Shown here: one piece after another, positions 43,043-51,543 of the stretch
Layout: every line of letters begins with the position of its first letter
Position numbering within the stretch: the first letter of the stretch is position 1
NCBI GenBank assembly: GCA_964608265.1
Contig: CAZSNP010000010.1
Location: 13,959-77,958 of the forward strand
Reading direction: 5' to 3'
DNA: 64,000 nucleotides
Origin: an uncultured Anaerolineales bacterium
GTDB lineage: Bacteria; Chloroflexota; Anaerolineae; Anaerolineales; UBA6663
Program-made: the position numbers and the translations under genes
The notes under the pieces: model-generated
What the model saw: the letters and a program-made list of their open reading frames with translations, nothing else
Told to the model about the DNA's origin: nothing
Databases searched by the model: none

Positions 43043-45613
43043 CTACCGGGGCCGGGCCAGCGCCGCCGCCTCCTCGCGCGCGTGGACGTTGAGTTTGGTG
43101 AGGATGGCCGTGACGTGATGGTCAACGGTCTTGGGGGAGAGGTGCAGGCGCGCGGCAATCTGCGCGTTGGTGAGGCCGTCGGCGAGCAGCGCGAGGATTT
43201 GCGATTGGCGCGCGGTCAGGCCGAAGGGATTCTCGCGGGTGGCGGCGCGCGGCCCGCGCGGGATGACGGCCCCGGCGGCCTGCATCTTCGCCCGCAACGC
43301 CTCAGCCGCCGGTCGCGCGCCGAGCCGCTCGAAGATAGTGAGGGCAACGGCCTGCGCTTCAGCGTCGCCATCAGCGAGCGCACGGGCCTGTTCATACGGG
43401 CAGCCCATCCGCTCCCATTCCGCTGCCGCGCCGCGCCAGTCGCCGGCGATGTGCAGCGCGTAGGGCTTCGCCGCCCACTCGGGCAAGGTCACTGTCTCCC
43501 CAGCGCGCCACATCCAAAACGCCAGCTCGCCTACGTACCACGGTTGCTTATGGGTCAGCGCCAGGTCGAACACCGCGCGCGCTTCGGCGAGCGTGCGCTC
43601 GCGGTCGCCGGCCCACCACGCCGCCTCCGCCCGCGCCGCGCGGATCAGGCCTTCGCGCTGGCGGAAGCCCTGCTTGAGCAACAGGTCGAGCGACTCATCG
43701 AGCGCGGCCATCGCCTCCGGCTCGCCACGCCGCGTGCGCAGACGACCGAGCGCAGTGAGGGCAGGGCCGCGACCCGGCGACATCGGCCCACGGTCAACCG
43801 CCTCCCTCGCAACTCGCTCGGCCTCGGCCCACTCGCCGCGATGAAGTTTGTGAATGGCCAGCCAGCCCTCCGTGAACGCCCACACCGAATCCAGCTCGCG
43901 TTCCTGCACGTACGGCGCGCCGACTGCAAACAATTCATCCGCGCGCGCGAACTCGTGAAAGTCCACGTAAATCGAGGTGAGGTTGGCGTACAGGTTGCCG
44001 GCGCGCACGGCATGGTCGAGTTCGAGCGCCAGCGCCAGCGCCCGTTCGAGATAGTTCATACCGCGTGCGTGGTCGAGGTAGAGCCAGCACAGCCCGGCGA
44101 CCTCGAGCAGGCGCGGCATCGGCTCATCGTCCTCGACCCGGTACGCCAGCGCCAAGCCCTTCTCAGCCATGGCCGCGCCGCGCGCGTTATCGGCGTTCGC
44201 CAGGCTGAGCCACGCTTCCATGTTGTAGGCGTAGAGCAGTTCGGCGTTGGGGGCCAGCGGTTCGAGAATCTCGAGCGCCGTACGATTGGCCGATTCGGCC
44301 TCGGCCTTGTGGCCGGTGATCTGCATGAGCAGCGCGAAGTGAGTCAGGCTGCGGCCATACTGCAACGGCTCGCCCGCCTGCGGCCACAACTGCAACGCGC
44401 GGCGGCGCGCCTCAATCGCCTCCGGGCGGCGGTCGGTGGTGTCGCACTCGGTCGCGAAGTCATCCAGTAATTGCGCGTGCTCGCCGGGCGGCAACCCTTC
44501 CGCGTGCCGCAACGCGAGTTCGAAAAGTTTGGCTGCGGCGCGGTGGGCTTTGGCCTCAACCGAGCGCCGTGCGGCGGCCGGGGCGAATTGCAGAATCGCT
44601 TCGCCGTCACCGGCCCCCTCGGCGTGGTGGGCGAGGCGGGTCAGGTCGGTGCGCGTGGCTGGATGAGCACGTAAGGCGTCGAGCGTCATGCGGTGCAGGG
44701 CCAACCGTTGCGGCGGGGCGATGGTTTCGAGGATGATCTGTCGAGCGAGTTCGTGCCGAAAGGCCAGGGCTTCGCCGTGCGCGACCAGCATCCCCGCGTG
44801 CAGACAATCATCGGCGGCGGAGGCCTCCGCGCCGGTGACCGCCGCCAGCGTCCACGGCTCGATGCGCGGGCCGATGATGGCCGCGGCCCGCAGCACGGCC
44901 TGGGCCGAGAGCGAGAGCCGGGCCGCGCGCGCCAGCACCGCATCGCGCACGGTGGTGGGGATGCCGCTATCCCCGCCTGCAATCGCCTCGGTGACGAAGA
45001 AGGGGTTGCCGGCGGTCTGCTGGTGCAGCCGGGCGGCATCCACTTTCACATCCCCGATGAGCGTGCGCACGGCCTCCGGCGAGAGCGGTGACAGCGCGAT
45101 ACGGGTTACGGCGTTCGAGGTCGCCAGGTCGCCGAGCAACGCGCGCAGCGGGTGGCGCGGCCCGACTTCGTCGTCACGATAGGTCAGCACCACCAGCGCC
45201 GTCGTGCGTTCGATGCGGCGCGCGAGGTACTTCAGCAGGTCGAGCGTGGCCTCATCCGCCCAGTGGATGTCTTCGACGATGACGAGGGCTGGGCGCTGCT
45301 GCAATTCAGCGAGGAAGGCGGCGGAGAGCGCAGCCGGTTGGCCGCCAGCGTTGAGGCGGGCCGGCCACTCGCCGCCGAGTTGCCCGGCCATATCGTGCAG
45401 CGGCCCGAGCGGGCGGGGGGTGAAGAGCGCGTCGCACGCGCCCCACAGCACGCGCACATCCGCCCGCTGCTCACGCGCGAAGCGTTCGACGAGCGCCGTC
45501 TTGCCGATGCCGGCCTCGCCGCTGACGAGCGCCAGGCGGCCCGCGCCGTTCACGGCGTCGTGCAGCGCGGCCTCGAGTTCGCGCAGCGGCCCCTCGCGTT
45601 CGAGCAATTCCAT
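43043..45613 (-). CDS. LAL-type regulator (N-terminal AAA/STAND ATPase, TPR-like middle, C-terminal LuxR HTH), copy 1
   Basis: Walker [18 protein letters not shown], Walker B ALVIVEDIHWADEATLDLL, and C-terminal LTARQSQILALLADGLTNAQIAARLHLSPKTVDHHVTAILTKLNV. Confidence 0.9.
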   Translation of the reverse strand: MELLEREGPLRELEAALHDAVNGAGRLALVSGEAGIGKTALVERFAREQRADVRVLWGACDALFTPRPLGPLHDMAGQLGGEWPARLNAGGQPAALSAAFLAELQQRPALVIVEDIHWADEATLDLLKYLARRIERTTALVVLTYRDDEVGPRHPLRALLGDLATSNAVTRIALSPLSPEAVRTLIGDVKVDAARLHQQTAGNPFFVTEAIAGGDSGIPTTVRDAVLARAARLSLSAQAVLRAAAIIGPRIEPWTLAAVTGAEASAADDCLHAGMLVAHGEALAFRHELARQIILETIAPPQRLALHRMTLDALRAHPATRTDLTRLAHHAEGAGDGEAILQFAPAAARRSVEAKAHRAAAKLFELALRHAEGLPPGEHAQLLDDFATECDTTDRRPEAIEARRRALQLWPQAGEPLQYGRSLTHFALLMQITGHKAEAESANRTALEILEPLAPNAELLYAYNMEAWLSLANADNARGAAMAEKGLALAYRVEDDEPMPRLLEVAGLCWLYLDHARGMNYLERALALALELDHAVRAGNLYANLTSIYVDFHEFARADELFAVGAPYVQERELDSVWAFTEGWLAIHKLHRGEWAEAERVAREAVDRGPMSPGRGPALTALGRLRTRRGEPEAMAALDESLDLLLKQGFRQREGLIRAARAEAAWWAGDRERTLAEARAVFDLALTHKQPWYVGELAFWMWRAGETVTLPEWAAKPYALHIAGDWRGAAAEWERMGCPYEQARALADGDAEAQAVALTIFERLGARPAAEALRAKMQAAGAVIPRGPRAATRENPFGLTARQSQILALLADGLTNAQIAARLHLSPKTVDHHVTAILTKLNVHAREEAAALARPR
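45411..45606. repeat. 196-bp segment identical to 51306-51501 (5' ends of the two LAL genes)
   Basis: Base-by-base reading of both stretches found no mismatch. Flanking bases differ (c45410 vs g51305; a45607 vs g51502). Confidence 0.9.
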
Positions 45614-45622
45614 GGATGCCCG

Positions 45623-45628
45623 ATTTTA
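45623..45628 (-). promoter_or_regulatory. -10-like TAAAAT (minus strand) 9 nt upstream of the LAL-1 ATG
   Basis: The minus strand reads gcggTAAAATcgggcatccATG inside the 24-nt gap 45614-45637. Confidence 0.3.
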
Positions 45629-45637
45629 CCGCGACGT

Positions 45638-46477
45638 TCAGCCGGAGGTGACCTGAAAGTAGTTGCCGAGCGCGTCCTTACCGCTAGCGTATGTGAATCC
45701 CTGCCCGTCACCGCCGACGGTCACGCCCTGGGCGGTGGTGCTCCTGGCACCGCCGCCCTGCTGTTGATACAGCAGCCACAAGTTGCCGAGCATTGGCCCG
45801 CCTTCCCAGCCGAAGTTACCGCTGGCATCCACCCAGTAGCGGCCGGGTAGCACCATCGGCACGAGACGGCGCAGCCCCAACACATCCATCAGGTGCAGTT
45901 CGCGGCCGTTGATGATGACGCCGGTGTTGCCGCCCGAGGCCTCGCGCGCCAGCGGGCCGCCCAGCGGCAGCCCGGCCGGGATGAAGCCGCGCGTCGGGCC
46001 GCCTCGCCAGCCCCACGCCCCACAGACTTTGTCGTACCAGAAATCGCCATCGCCGATGCGCAAACCCAACCGTCGTTCGACTGCCGCGAGCGCCTCATCA
46101 CTCACGCGCACGCCGTTGACGACGACCGAGCGCGTGAAAGTCTGCGGCGTGACCCCTTGCTGGAGCGCCGCTTCGATGTCACGCCGCAACGCCTGCGTGC
46201 GCGCCTTCACATGGTTGGATTGAATGGGGCCAAAGCCGAAATTCGAGCCGCGCAGGGTCATTTGCGTTGCGTTGGCCTGCGCGCTGGCGAGCGTGATCTC
46301 GACGGCGACCGGATTGCCGAACGACGACGGCTGTGGCACATCACGGCACGTGAGCCGGTCGTTCGCCTCCGCCGAGATCGTCCAACCTGACCCAGCACAC
46401 GCCGATTGGCAAGCCGCCCGCGCCTCGGCAATAGAGCCTGGGAGCGTAAAGGTTTCGTGATATGAAGGCATGGTCAA
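45638..46477 (-). CDS. Hypothetical protein with an internal duplicated NG...YW.D..G..GW.GGP module
   Basis: The start abuts the upstream stop (46477/46478). Residues 118-164 (VVVNGVRVSDEALAAVERRLGLRIGDGDFWYDKVCGAWGWRGGPTRG) repeat at 187-231 (VIINGRELHLMDVLGLRRLVPMVLPGRYWVDASGNFGWEGGPMLG). I see no signal peptide and recognise no family. Confidence 0.6.
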   Translation of the reverse strand: MTMPSYHETFTLPGSIAEARAACQSACAGSGWTISAEANDRLTCRDVPQPSSFGNPVAVEITLASAQANATQMTLRGSNFGFGPIQSNHVKARTQALRRDIEAALQQGVTPQTFTRSVVVNGVRVSDEALAAVERRLGLRIGDGDFWYDKVCGAWGWRGGPTRGFIPAGLPLGGPLAREASGGNTGVIINGRELHLMDVLGLRRLVPMVLPGRYWVDASGNFGWEGGPMLGNLWLLYQQQGGGARSTTAQGVTVGGDGQGFTYASGKDALGNYFQVTSG

Positions 46478-47833
46478 TCACCTTTCCGCTGGCTTGCGGA
46501 GCTCCAGCGCGTTGATGCGCTCGCCGATACACCGGCCCTGCGCCAGACCCGCCTCAATCGCAGGCCGGAAGTGGATGCCGCCATATAGCCGCGAGATAGC
46601 GGCTTCTTCCGCCGCCGTGAAGAAGGAGTCAAAGGTTCGCGCCTTCAAGCCACGCTCAACGTGGGTCGTGTCGGTGAACGCATAGCCCTCGCCGAACAGC
46701 GCGGTCAGCACGACGGCCACCGCCCCCGATTGCACTGAATGTCCGGAGGGATATTCCGGGAACGGCGGCGTTAGCACCGGGTCGGTGGGGTCGGGGTGGT
46801 TCCATGTCGGATCAATCACCGCTTGGATATAGCTGATCGGCCGGACGAGGTTATAGGTGTACTTGGCCTGCCAACAACCGATGAAGGCATCGGCGGCTGC
46901 CAGGCCAACCTTTAGGTAAGTTTCTGCCGCCAACGCAAGGCTGGCCGACTCCGTGCGTAACACTTGTGTGGCGATGGCGATGGAATGGCCGGACGGTGTG
47001 GCGGTCTGCCCGGGATCATCGGCCCAGAACAGCGCGATCTCTCGTTGTTCCGGCGTTAGGTGGCGGACGGTATCGTACACCTCCCGGGCCTCGGCATAGA
47101 ACTGCGAGCCGGCGTCTTCGGAGTATTCAGTCGGCGGCGGTGGCGCGCACGTTGCTCCGGATTTGAGGACGAATGGCCGATTGTCACCCCAGGTGGGCTG
47201 GAGTGGGATGGGCTGGTAACCGGGCAATGTGGGCACCCATTTCCCCGGCCCATTTGGCGGCGCAAACGATTCGGGGAAGTTGCGGGCGTAGCCTTCATGG
47301 CCGCCATCGAACTTTGACCACTCGAAAATCGCTTCGGCCAGCGCCCGTCCATATTCAGTTGAACGCGCGAAGACCGCCTGGCTCACCTCAGCTTGATAGA
47401 GCTGGTCGAACTTCTGCTCCAGCGCATCTACCGCTGCGCGGTTCTCGGGCGTCATAGTTGGGTAGAGGCGGCGGAGAATTGCCGCTTGCGCGCTGTTCAC
47501 AACAGCCGCCCAGTGGAAAGCCTGGCCCGCCTGCGGTGGGGGAAGGGATGTCAGCGCATTCAACCGACCGGACAATGATTGGTGTTCCGGCATCCCACCT
47601 ACAACGGACTCGTACAGGGCGACCCCTGAATAGGCCAAAGCGCGTGCGGCCACCGGCGGCGTGAAGCCGGGCGTTTCGGCGATGAGTCTGAGTTGCAGAT
47701 CGAACCACTGGAGGGCGATCTCGGCAGGATATTCAGCCGCCGGCTTCAGCGGTGTGTTCGTCGGCTGACAGGCCGGCAACCAGACAAGCAGGACGATCTG
47801 GATGAACAAATGCAGGCGTCGTAGGCGAAGCAT
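46478..47833 (-). CDS. PAP2-superfamily, vanadium-dependent haloperoxidase-like lipoprotein
   Basis: GAAGGAAGAAGGA RBS before the ATG at 47833. MLRLRRLHLFIQIVLLVWLPACQP is lipoprotein-like. Three active-site motifs are present: KYTYNLVRP (K-x6-RP), PEYPSGHS (PSGH) and SRLYGGIHFRP (SR-x5-H). The size and helical N-terminal half fit bacterial haloperoxidase-like PAP2 proteins. Confidence 0.7.
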   Translation of the reverse strand: MLRLRRLHLFIQIVLLVWLPACQPTNTPLKPAAEYPAEIALQWFDLQLRLIAETPGFTPPVAARALAYSGVALYESVVGGMPEHQSLSGRLNALTSLPPPQAGQAFHWAAVVNSAQAAILRRLYPTMTPENRAAVDALEQKFDQLYQAEVSQAVFARSTEYGRALAEAIFEWSKFDGGHEGYARNFPESFAPPNGPGKWVPTLPGYQPIPLQPTWGDNRPFVLKSGATCAPPPPTEYSEDAGSQFYAEAREVYDTVRHLTPEQREIALFWADDPGQTATPSGHSIAIATQVLRTESASLALAAETYLKVGLAAADAFIGCWQAKYTYNLVRPISYIQAVIDPTWNHPDPTDPVLTPPFPEYPSGHSVQSGAVAVVLTALFGEGYAFTDTTHVERGLKARTFDSFFTAAEEAAISRLYGGIHFRPAIEAGLAQGRCIGERINALELRKPAER

Positions 47834-47855
47834 GTCCTTCTTCCTTCTCGCCGCG

Positions 47856-48131
47856 TCACGCATGAGAGTACGGATCGAGTACGCGCACTTCGGTGATGCG
47901 ATCCACCGGCCAGTCGTTGCGCCGCGCGGCCCGGCGGATGGCCTCCGGGGACGGCGCTTCGTAGATACCAAACAGCCGGCGTTTGTCCGCGGACACATAC
48001 GTGTGCAACCACACCACCTGCTCGCGGGCGTTGTTGCCGATCACTTCCCGCAACGTCGTTCCAGTGTCGAAGGTCAGCGTGAATTCCTCTGGAAACGTTT
48101 GCTCAACAACGTAACGTGGCATGGTTGACAT
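47856..48131 (-). CDS. DUF4242-family small protein
   Basis: MPRYVVEQTFPEE...VVWLHTYVSADKRRLFGIYEAPSPEAIRRAARRNDWPVDRITEVRVLDP matches the DUF4242 pattern (W.HSYV..D...C.Y.AP..EAIR.HA...G.P...I..V). The start is one of ATG 48131, 48122 or 48170. Confidence 0.7.
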   Translation of the reverse strand: MSTMPRYVVEQTFPEEFTLTFDTGTTLREVIGNNAREQVVWLHTYVSADKRRLFGIYEAPSPEAIRRAARRNDWPVDRITEVRVLDPYSHA

Positions 48132-48181
48132 GACGTGCGACGCACGTTTGGAGTGCGTCGCACGGTGCACGGAGGGGAGGG

Positions 48182-48817
48182 TTACGGCCGCACCTTCAAC
48201 TCGACGCGCAGGGCCACGCCGAAAGTGGGCTGGTCGGCGTTGTTCAAACCGAGGAAGGTCTGAATCTGTTCGCCGCGCGCGGCGCGGTGCGGGCCGGTGC
48301 CGCCGACGATGGCGCGCCGGAACGGCACGTTCATGTCCACCAGTTCGTAGCCGTTGGTGACGATGGACTCCTCGCCATAGGACGAGCCGAAGTCATAGTA
48401 TTGGGTGGTGATCACCCACGGGCCGGTCTGCGTGGCCGCGCCCTCGCCAACATGGAAGCCCCAGCACGTCCACGTACCGAGCACTTTGTCGGGGAATTCG
48501 GGGCTGCCGTCGGGCAACACGCCGTTGCACGCGCCCTCGTGGCAGGTGAGGGTGCCCTCGGGGTAAAGGTAGCCCTGGGTGATGAACTCGCCGCCAAAAG
48601 CAGGCATCCCGGCGAAGTCACCCTCCGCGTACACCGGCGTTTCGTCGGGCGTGAACCGGGTGCCGTTCTCGGCGACTTCGAAGACAATGGTGCGGGTGCG
48701 GGAATGGGCGGCGACCTCCAGCATCGGGTCAAGCCCGCCCGAAGCAAAGGCCGCCCCGGCGGTGACGGCCAGCAACAGGACGACAACGCCGGCGATGATC
48801 CAGTTTTTGCGTGACAT
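48182..48817 (-). CDS. Secreted dirigent-like / allene-oxide-cyclase-barrel-like protein
   Basis: GAGGAGG RBS before the ATG at 48817. Signal/anchor WIIAGVVVLLLAVTAGAAFASG. The C-terminal RRAIVGGTGPHRAARGEQIQTF...FGVALRVELKV resembles the plant dirigent signature (VVGGTG.F...RG...(Y)FRLRV.IK). Confidence 0.55.
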   Translation of the reverse strand: MSRKNWIIAGVVVLLLAVTAGAAFASGGLDPMLEVAAHSRTRTIVFEVAENGTRFTPDETPVYAEGDFAGMPAFGGEFITQGYLYPEGTLTCHEGACNGVLPDGSPEFPDKVLGTWTCWGFHVGEGAATQTGPWVITTQYYDFGSSYGEESIVTNGYELVDMNVPFRRAIVGGTGPHRAARGEQIQTFLGLNNADQPTFGVALRVELKVRP

Positions 48818-48849
48818 GTGAGCCTCCTCAGTGAAAGGTTGATGATTTC

Positions 48850-48855
48850 ACTATA
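48850..48855 (-). promoter_or_regulatory. -10-like TATAGT (minus strand) ahead of the dirigent-like operon
   Basis: The minus strand reads cgcTATAGTgaaatcatcaacctttcactGAGGAGGctcacATG in the 102-bp gap after the LAL-2 stop. Confidence 0.3.
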
Positions 48856-48919
48856 GCGGAGGCCGGGGGCGGTGTCGTCGGGGGAAACCCTATGTTGGCA
48901 GTCAAGTAACCCGATATTT

Positions 48920-51511
48920 TCACAACGGGTCGCGATGTTGGGGGTCGGCCAGCCCGGCCTGCACCGCCCAGGTGGCGATCTGCACACGCGACTCCACACC
49001 GAGCTTGTTGAGGATGCGCGTGACGTGCGCCTCGACCGTTTTGGTCGTCAGCACCAACGCGTGGGCGATCTCACGATTGGAGCGGCCCTGCGCGATGAGG
49101 GCGGCGACCTCGCGTTCGCGTTCGGTCAGCCCGCGGTACTTGCCCTTCGCCAGTTGCCGCGCCGTCAACGCGCTCAGCTTTTGCTGCACCATCGCCGTCG
49201 CCGGCTTCGCGCCCAGACGTTCGAGGAGGTCGAGCGCGGCCGATTGCGCCGCCTCGTCACCGTCGGCCAGGGCCAGCGCCTGTTCGTAGGGGCAGCCGAT
49301 GTGCGCCCACTCCTCGGCGGCCTCGCGCCATTGCCCCGTAATCTGTAACGCGTGAGGCTTCGCTGCCTGAAGGGGAGGCGCAACCAGCGCACCGGCGCGC
49401 CACATCCACAGGCTCAACTCGCCAGTCTCCCATTTCTCCTCCAGCTTGATCAGCCGCTCGAAACAGGGGCGGACTTCGGTCACAATGCGCGACAGGTCAC
49501 CGGCCAGCCACGCGGCTTCGGCGCGGGCCGAGGCGACCGGGTCGAGGTGATACAGGTCGCCTAAAGATTGCGACAGTTGCAGGGCTTCATCAAGGATAGC
49601 TTCCACACCGGGTTCTCCCCGGCGCAGCAAGGCGTGACCCAGTACGGTGAGCGCCTCGCGGCGCAAGGGAACGGAGGCGCCAGGAATCACCAACAGTGCT
49701 CGAGCCTCGTCGACTGCTTCCTGCCAACGGCCCTGTCGAAAGCGAAGCCTGGCGCGATGTGCGCACGCCATGAACGTGTACCCATCCAGATCGCGCTCCG
49801 AGGCATATGCCATCCCTTCGGCCAGCCAGCGCTCGGCGCGCTCAAACTCGTGCACGACAAGGGCGTTGCTAGTGAGGTTGATGTAGGCCCGCGCCGTGTG
49901 ATCAGACAGTTTGTGCGCCAGCGCAAGCTGAAGGCTGCGTTCGAGTTTGAACCAGCCGGCGTGGTCGCCGCGATTGACCTCAAGACAGCCGAGGCTGTTG
50001 AGTGCGTGTGCCAGCGCTTCAACCGCATTGAGGCGCTCGGCCAGCGTGATCGCCCGGACCAGCCATTCAGTCGCCGCCTCGTATTCATCTGCGAGCGTGT
50101 GGCGCATCCCTTTGCGGGCATAGGCCAGGGCCAGCTCCGGGCTGGGCGGCAGCGTTTCGAGTAGCTGAATCGCTTCCTCGCCCCGTTCAATCCCCTCGGC
50201 TCGCCGCCCCACGCTGTAAGCCAGGCTGGAGAGCAGCGCCGCACACGCGCCTTCGCGGCTGCGCTGGCCCACGGCGCGCCAGAGTTCTTGCGCCTCGCGG
50301 CAGGTGCGGTAGGCCTCGTCCGCGCTACCGGTCAGCGCGCACACTTGGGCATAGCTCTCCAACAGCTCGGCGCGCAGTTTGGGATTGGAGTCTGGAACAT
50401 ACTTGAGCACCGAACCGTAGTGCGAGATGGCCTCGCGGTGCGCGCCCGAGGCGGCGGCCTGCCGGGCGGCCTGCGGTGCATACGCCATCACGGCTTCGAT
50501 ATTACCCGCAGCCTCGGCGTGATGGGCCAACCGTGCAAGATCATTGCGTGTGAGCGGCGATGCTTCGAGCGCCGCCAATACGAATTGATGGAGCGCGAGC
50601 CTGTGCTGAGGCGAAGTGGCATCGAGGATCGCCTGCCGGGCCAGTTCATGCCGAAAGGCGAAAGCCCCACCTTCAATCAGCAGCAGGCCAGCGGCGAGGC
50701 ATTCTTCGGCCCTCTCCGCTTCAGCGCCAGTCACTTCGGCCAACAGCCACGGCTCCACGCGCGCGCCGATGACGGCGGCCGCCTCCAGCACCGCCCGCGC
50801 CGAGAGCGACAAGCGGGCCGCACGCGCCAGCACCGCCTCGCGTACCGTGGCGGGTAAGCCGCGCACCTCGCTGGCGAGTACCTCTGTAATGAAGAAGGCA
50901 TTGCCATTTGTCTGGCGATGCACGGCCAATGGGTCAAGCGCCCGAGAGCCGATCAGAGCGCGTACCGCTGAAATGGAAAGCGGCGGCACGGCGATGTGTC
51001 GTGTCGCCGCCGAGGTCACCAGGTCACCCAGCACCGAGCGCAACGGGTGCTGCGGTCCCAGCTCGTCATCGCGATAAGTGACGATGAGCAGTGCACGGGT
51101 GCGCGCGATGCGCCGACCCAGATACTTCAGCAGATCAAGCGAGGCCTCGTCGGCCCAGTGCGCGTCCTCGATGACCACCAGAGCAGGGGTGTGCTGAAGC
51201 TCCGCGAGCACGGTGGCGAACAGGGCTATACGATCGGCGTCGGCGCTGAGCTGCGTCAGTACCTCACCCTGCAACTGGGCGGCGATGTCGCGTAGCGGGC
51301 CGAAGGGGCGGGGGGTGAAGAGCGCGTCGCACGCGCCCCACAGCACGCGCACATCCGCCCGCTGCTCACGCGCGAAGCGTTCGACGAGCGCCGTCTTGCC
51401 GATGCCGGCCTCGCCGCTGACGAGCGCCAGGCGGCCCGCGCCGTTCACGGCGTCGTGCAGCGCGGCCTCGAGTTCGCGCAGCGGCCCCTCGCGTTCGAGC
51501 AGTTCCACCAT
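48920..51511 (-). CDS. LAL-type regulator (AAA/STAND ATPase, TPR-like, LuxR HTH), copy 2
   Basis: The first ~67 aa are identical to copy 1 ([67 protein letters not shown]). C-terminal [45 protein letters not shown]. Confidence 0.9.
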   Translation of the reverse strand: MVELLEREGPLRELEAALHDAVNGAGRLALVSGEAGIGKTALVERFAREQRADVRVLWGACDALFTPRPFGPLRDIAAQLQGEVLTQLSADADRIALFATVLAELQHTPALVVIEDAHWADEASLDLLKYLGRRIARTRALLIVTYRDDELGPQHPLRSVLGDLVTSAATRHIAVPPLSISAVRALIGSRALDPLAVHRQTNGNAFFITEVLASEVRGLPATVREAVLARAARLSLSARAVLEAAAVIGARVEPWLLAEVTGAEAERAEECLAAGLLLIEGGAFAFRHELARQAILDATSPQHRLALHQFVLAALEASPLTRNDLARLAHHAEAAGNIEAVMAYAPQAARQAAASGAHREAISHYGSVLKYVPDSNPKLRAELLESYAQVCALTGSADEAYRTCREAQELWRAVGQRSREGACAALLSSLAYSVGRRAEGIERGEEAIQLLETLPPSPELALAYARKGMRHTLADEYEAATEWLVRAITLAERLNAVEALAHALNSLGCLEVNRGDHAGWFKLERSLQLALAHKLSDHTARAYINLTSNALVVHEFERAERWLAEGMAYASERDLDGYTFMACAHRARLRFRQGRWQEAVDEARALLVIPGASVPLRREALTVLGHALLRRGEPGVEAILDEALQLSQSLGDLYHLDPVASARAEAAWLAGDLSRIVTEVRPCFERLIKLEEKWETGELSLWMWRAGALVAPPLQAAKPHALQITGQWREAAEEWAHIGCPYEQALALADGDEAAQSAALDLLERLGAKPATAMVQQKLSALTARQLAKGKYRGLTEREREVAALIAQGRSNREIAHALVLTTKTVEAHVTRILNKLGVESRVQIATWAVQAGLADPQHRDPL
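51306..51501. repeat. 196-bp segment identical to 45411-45606
   Basis: See the partner repeat at 45411-45606. Confidence 0.9.
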
Positions 51512-51517
51512 GGCCGA

Positions 51518-51523
51518 ATTCTA
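51518..51523 (-). promoter_or_regulatory. -10-like TAGAAT (minus strand) exactly 6 nt upstream of the LAL-2 ATG (leaderless candidate)
   Basis: The minus strand reads ggggTAGAATtcggccATG. Confidence 0.35.
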
Positions 51524-51531
51524 CCCCGCTG

Positions 51532-51537
51532 TATACT
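51532..51537 (+). promoter_or_regulatory. -10-like TATACT exactly 6 nt upstream of the SARP-regulator ATG (leaderless candidate)
   Basis: The plus strand reads gctgTATACTcgccgtATG. The whole divergent gap is only 32 bp. Confidence 0.35.
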
Positions 51538-51543
51538 CGCCGT

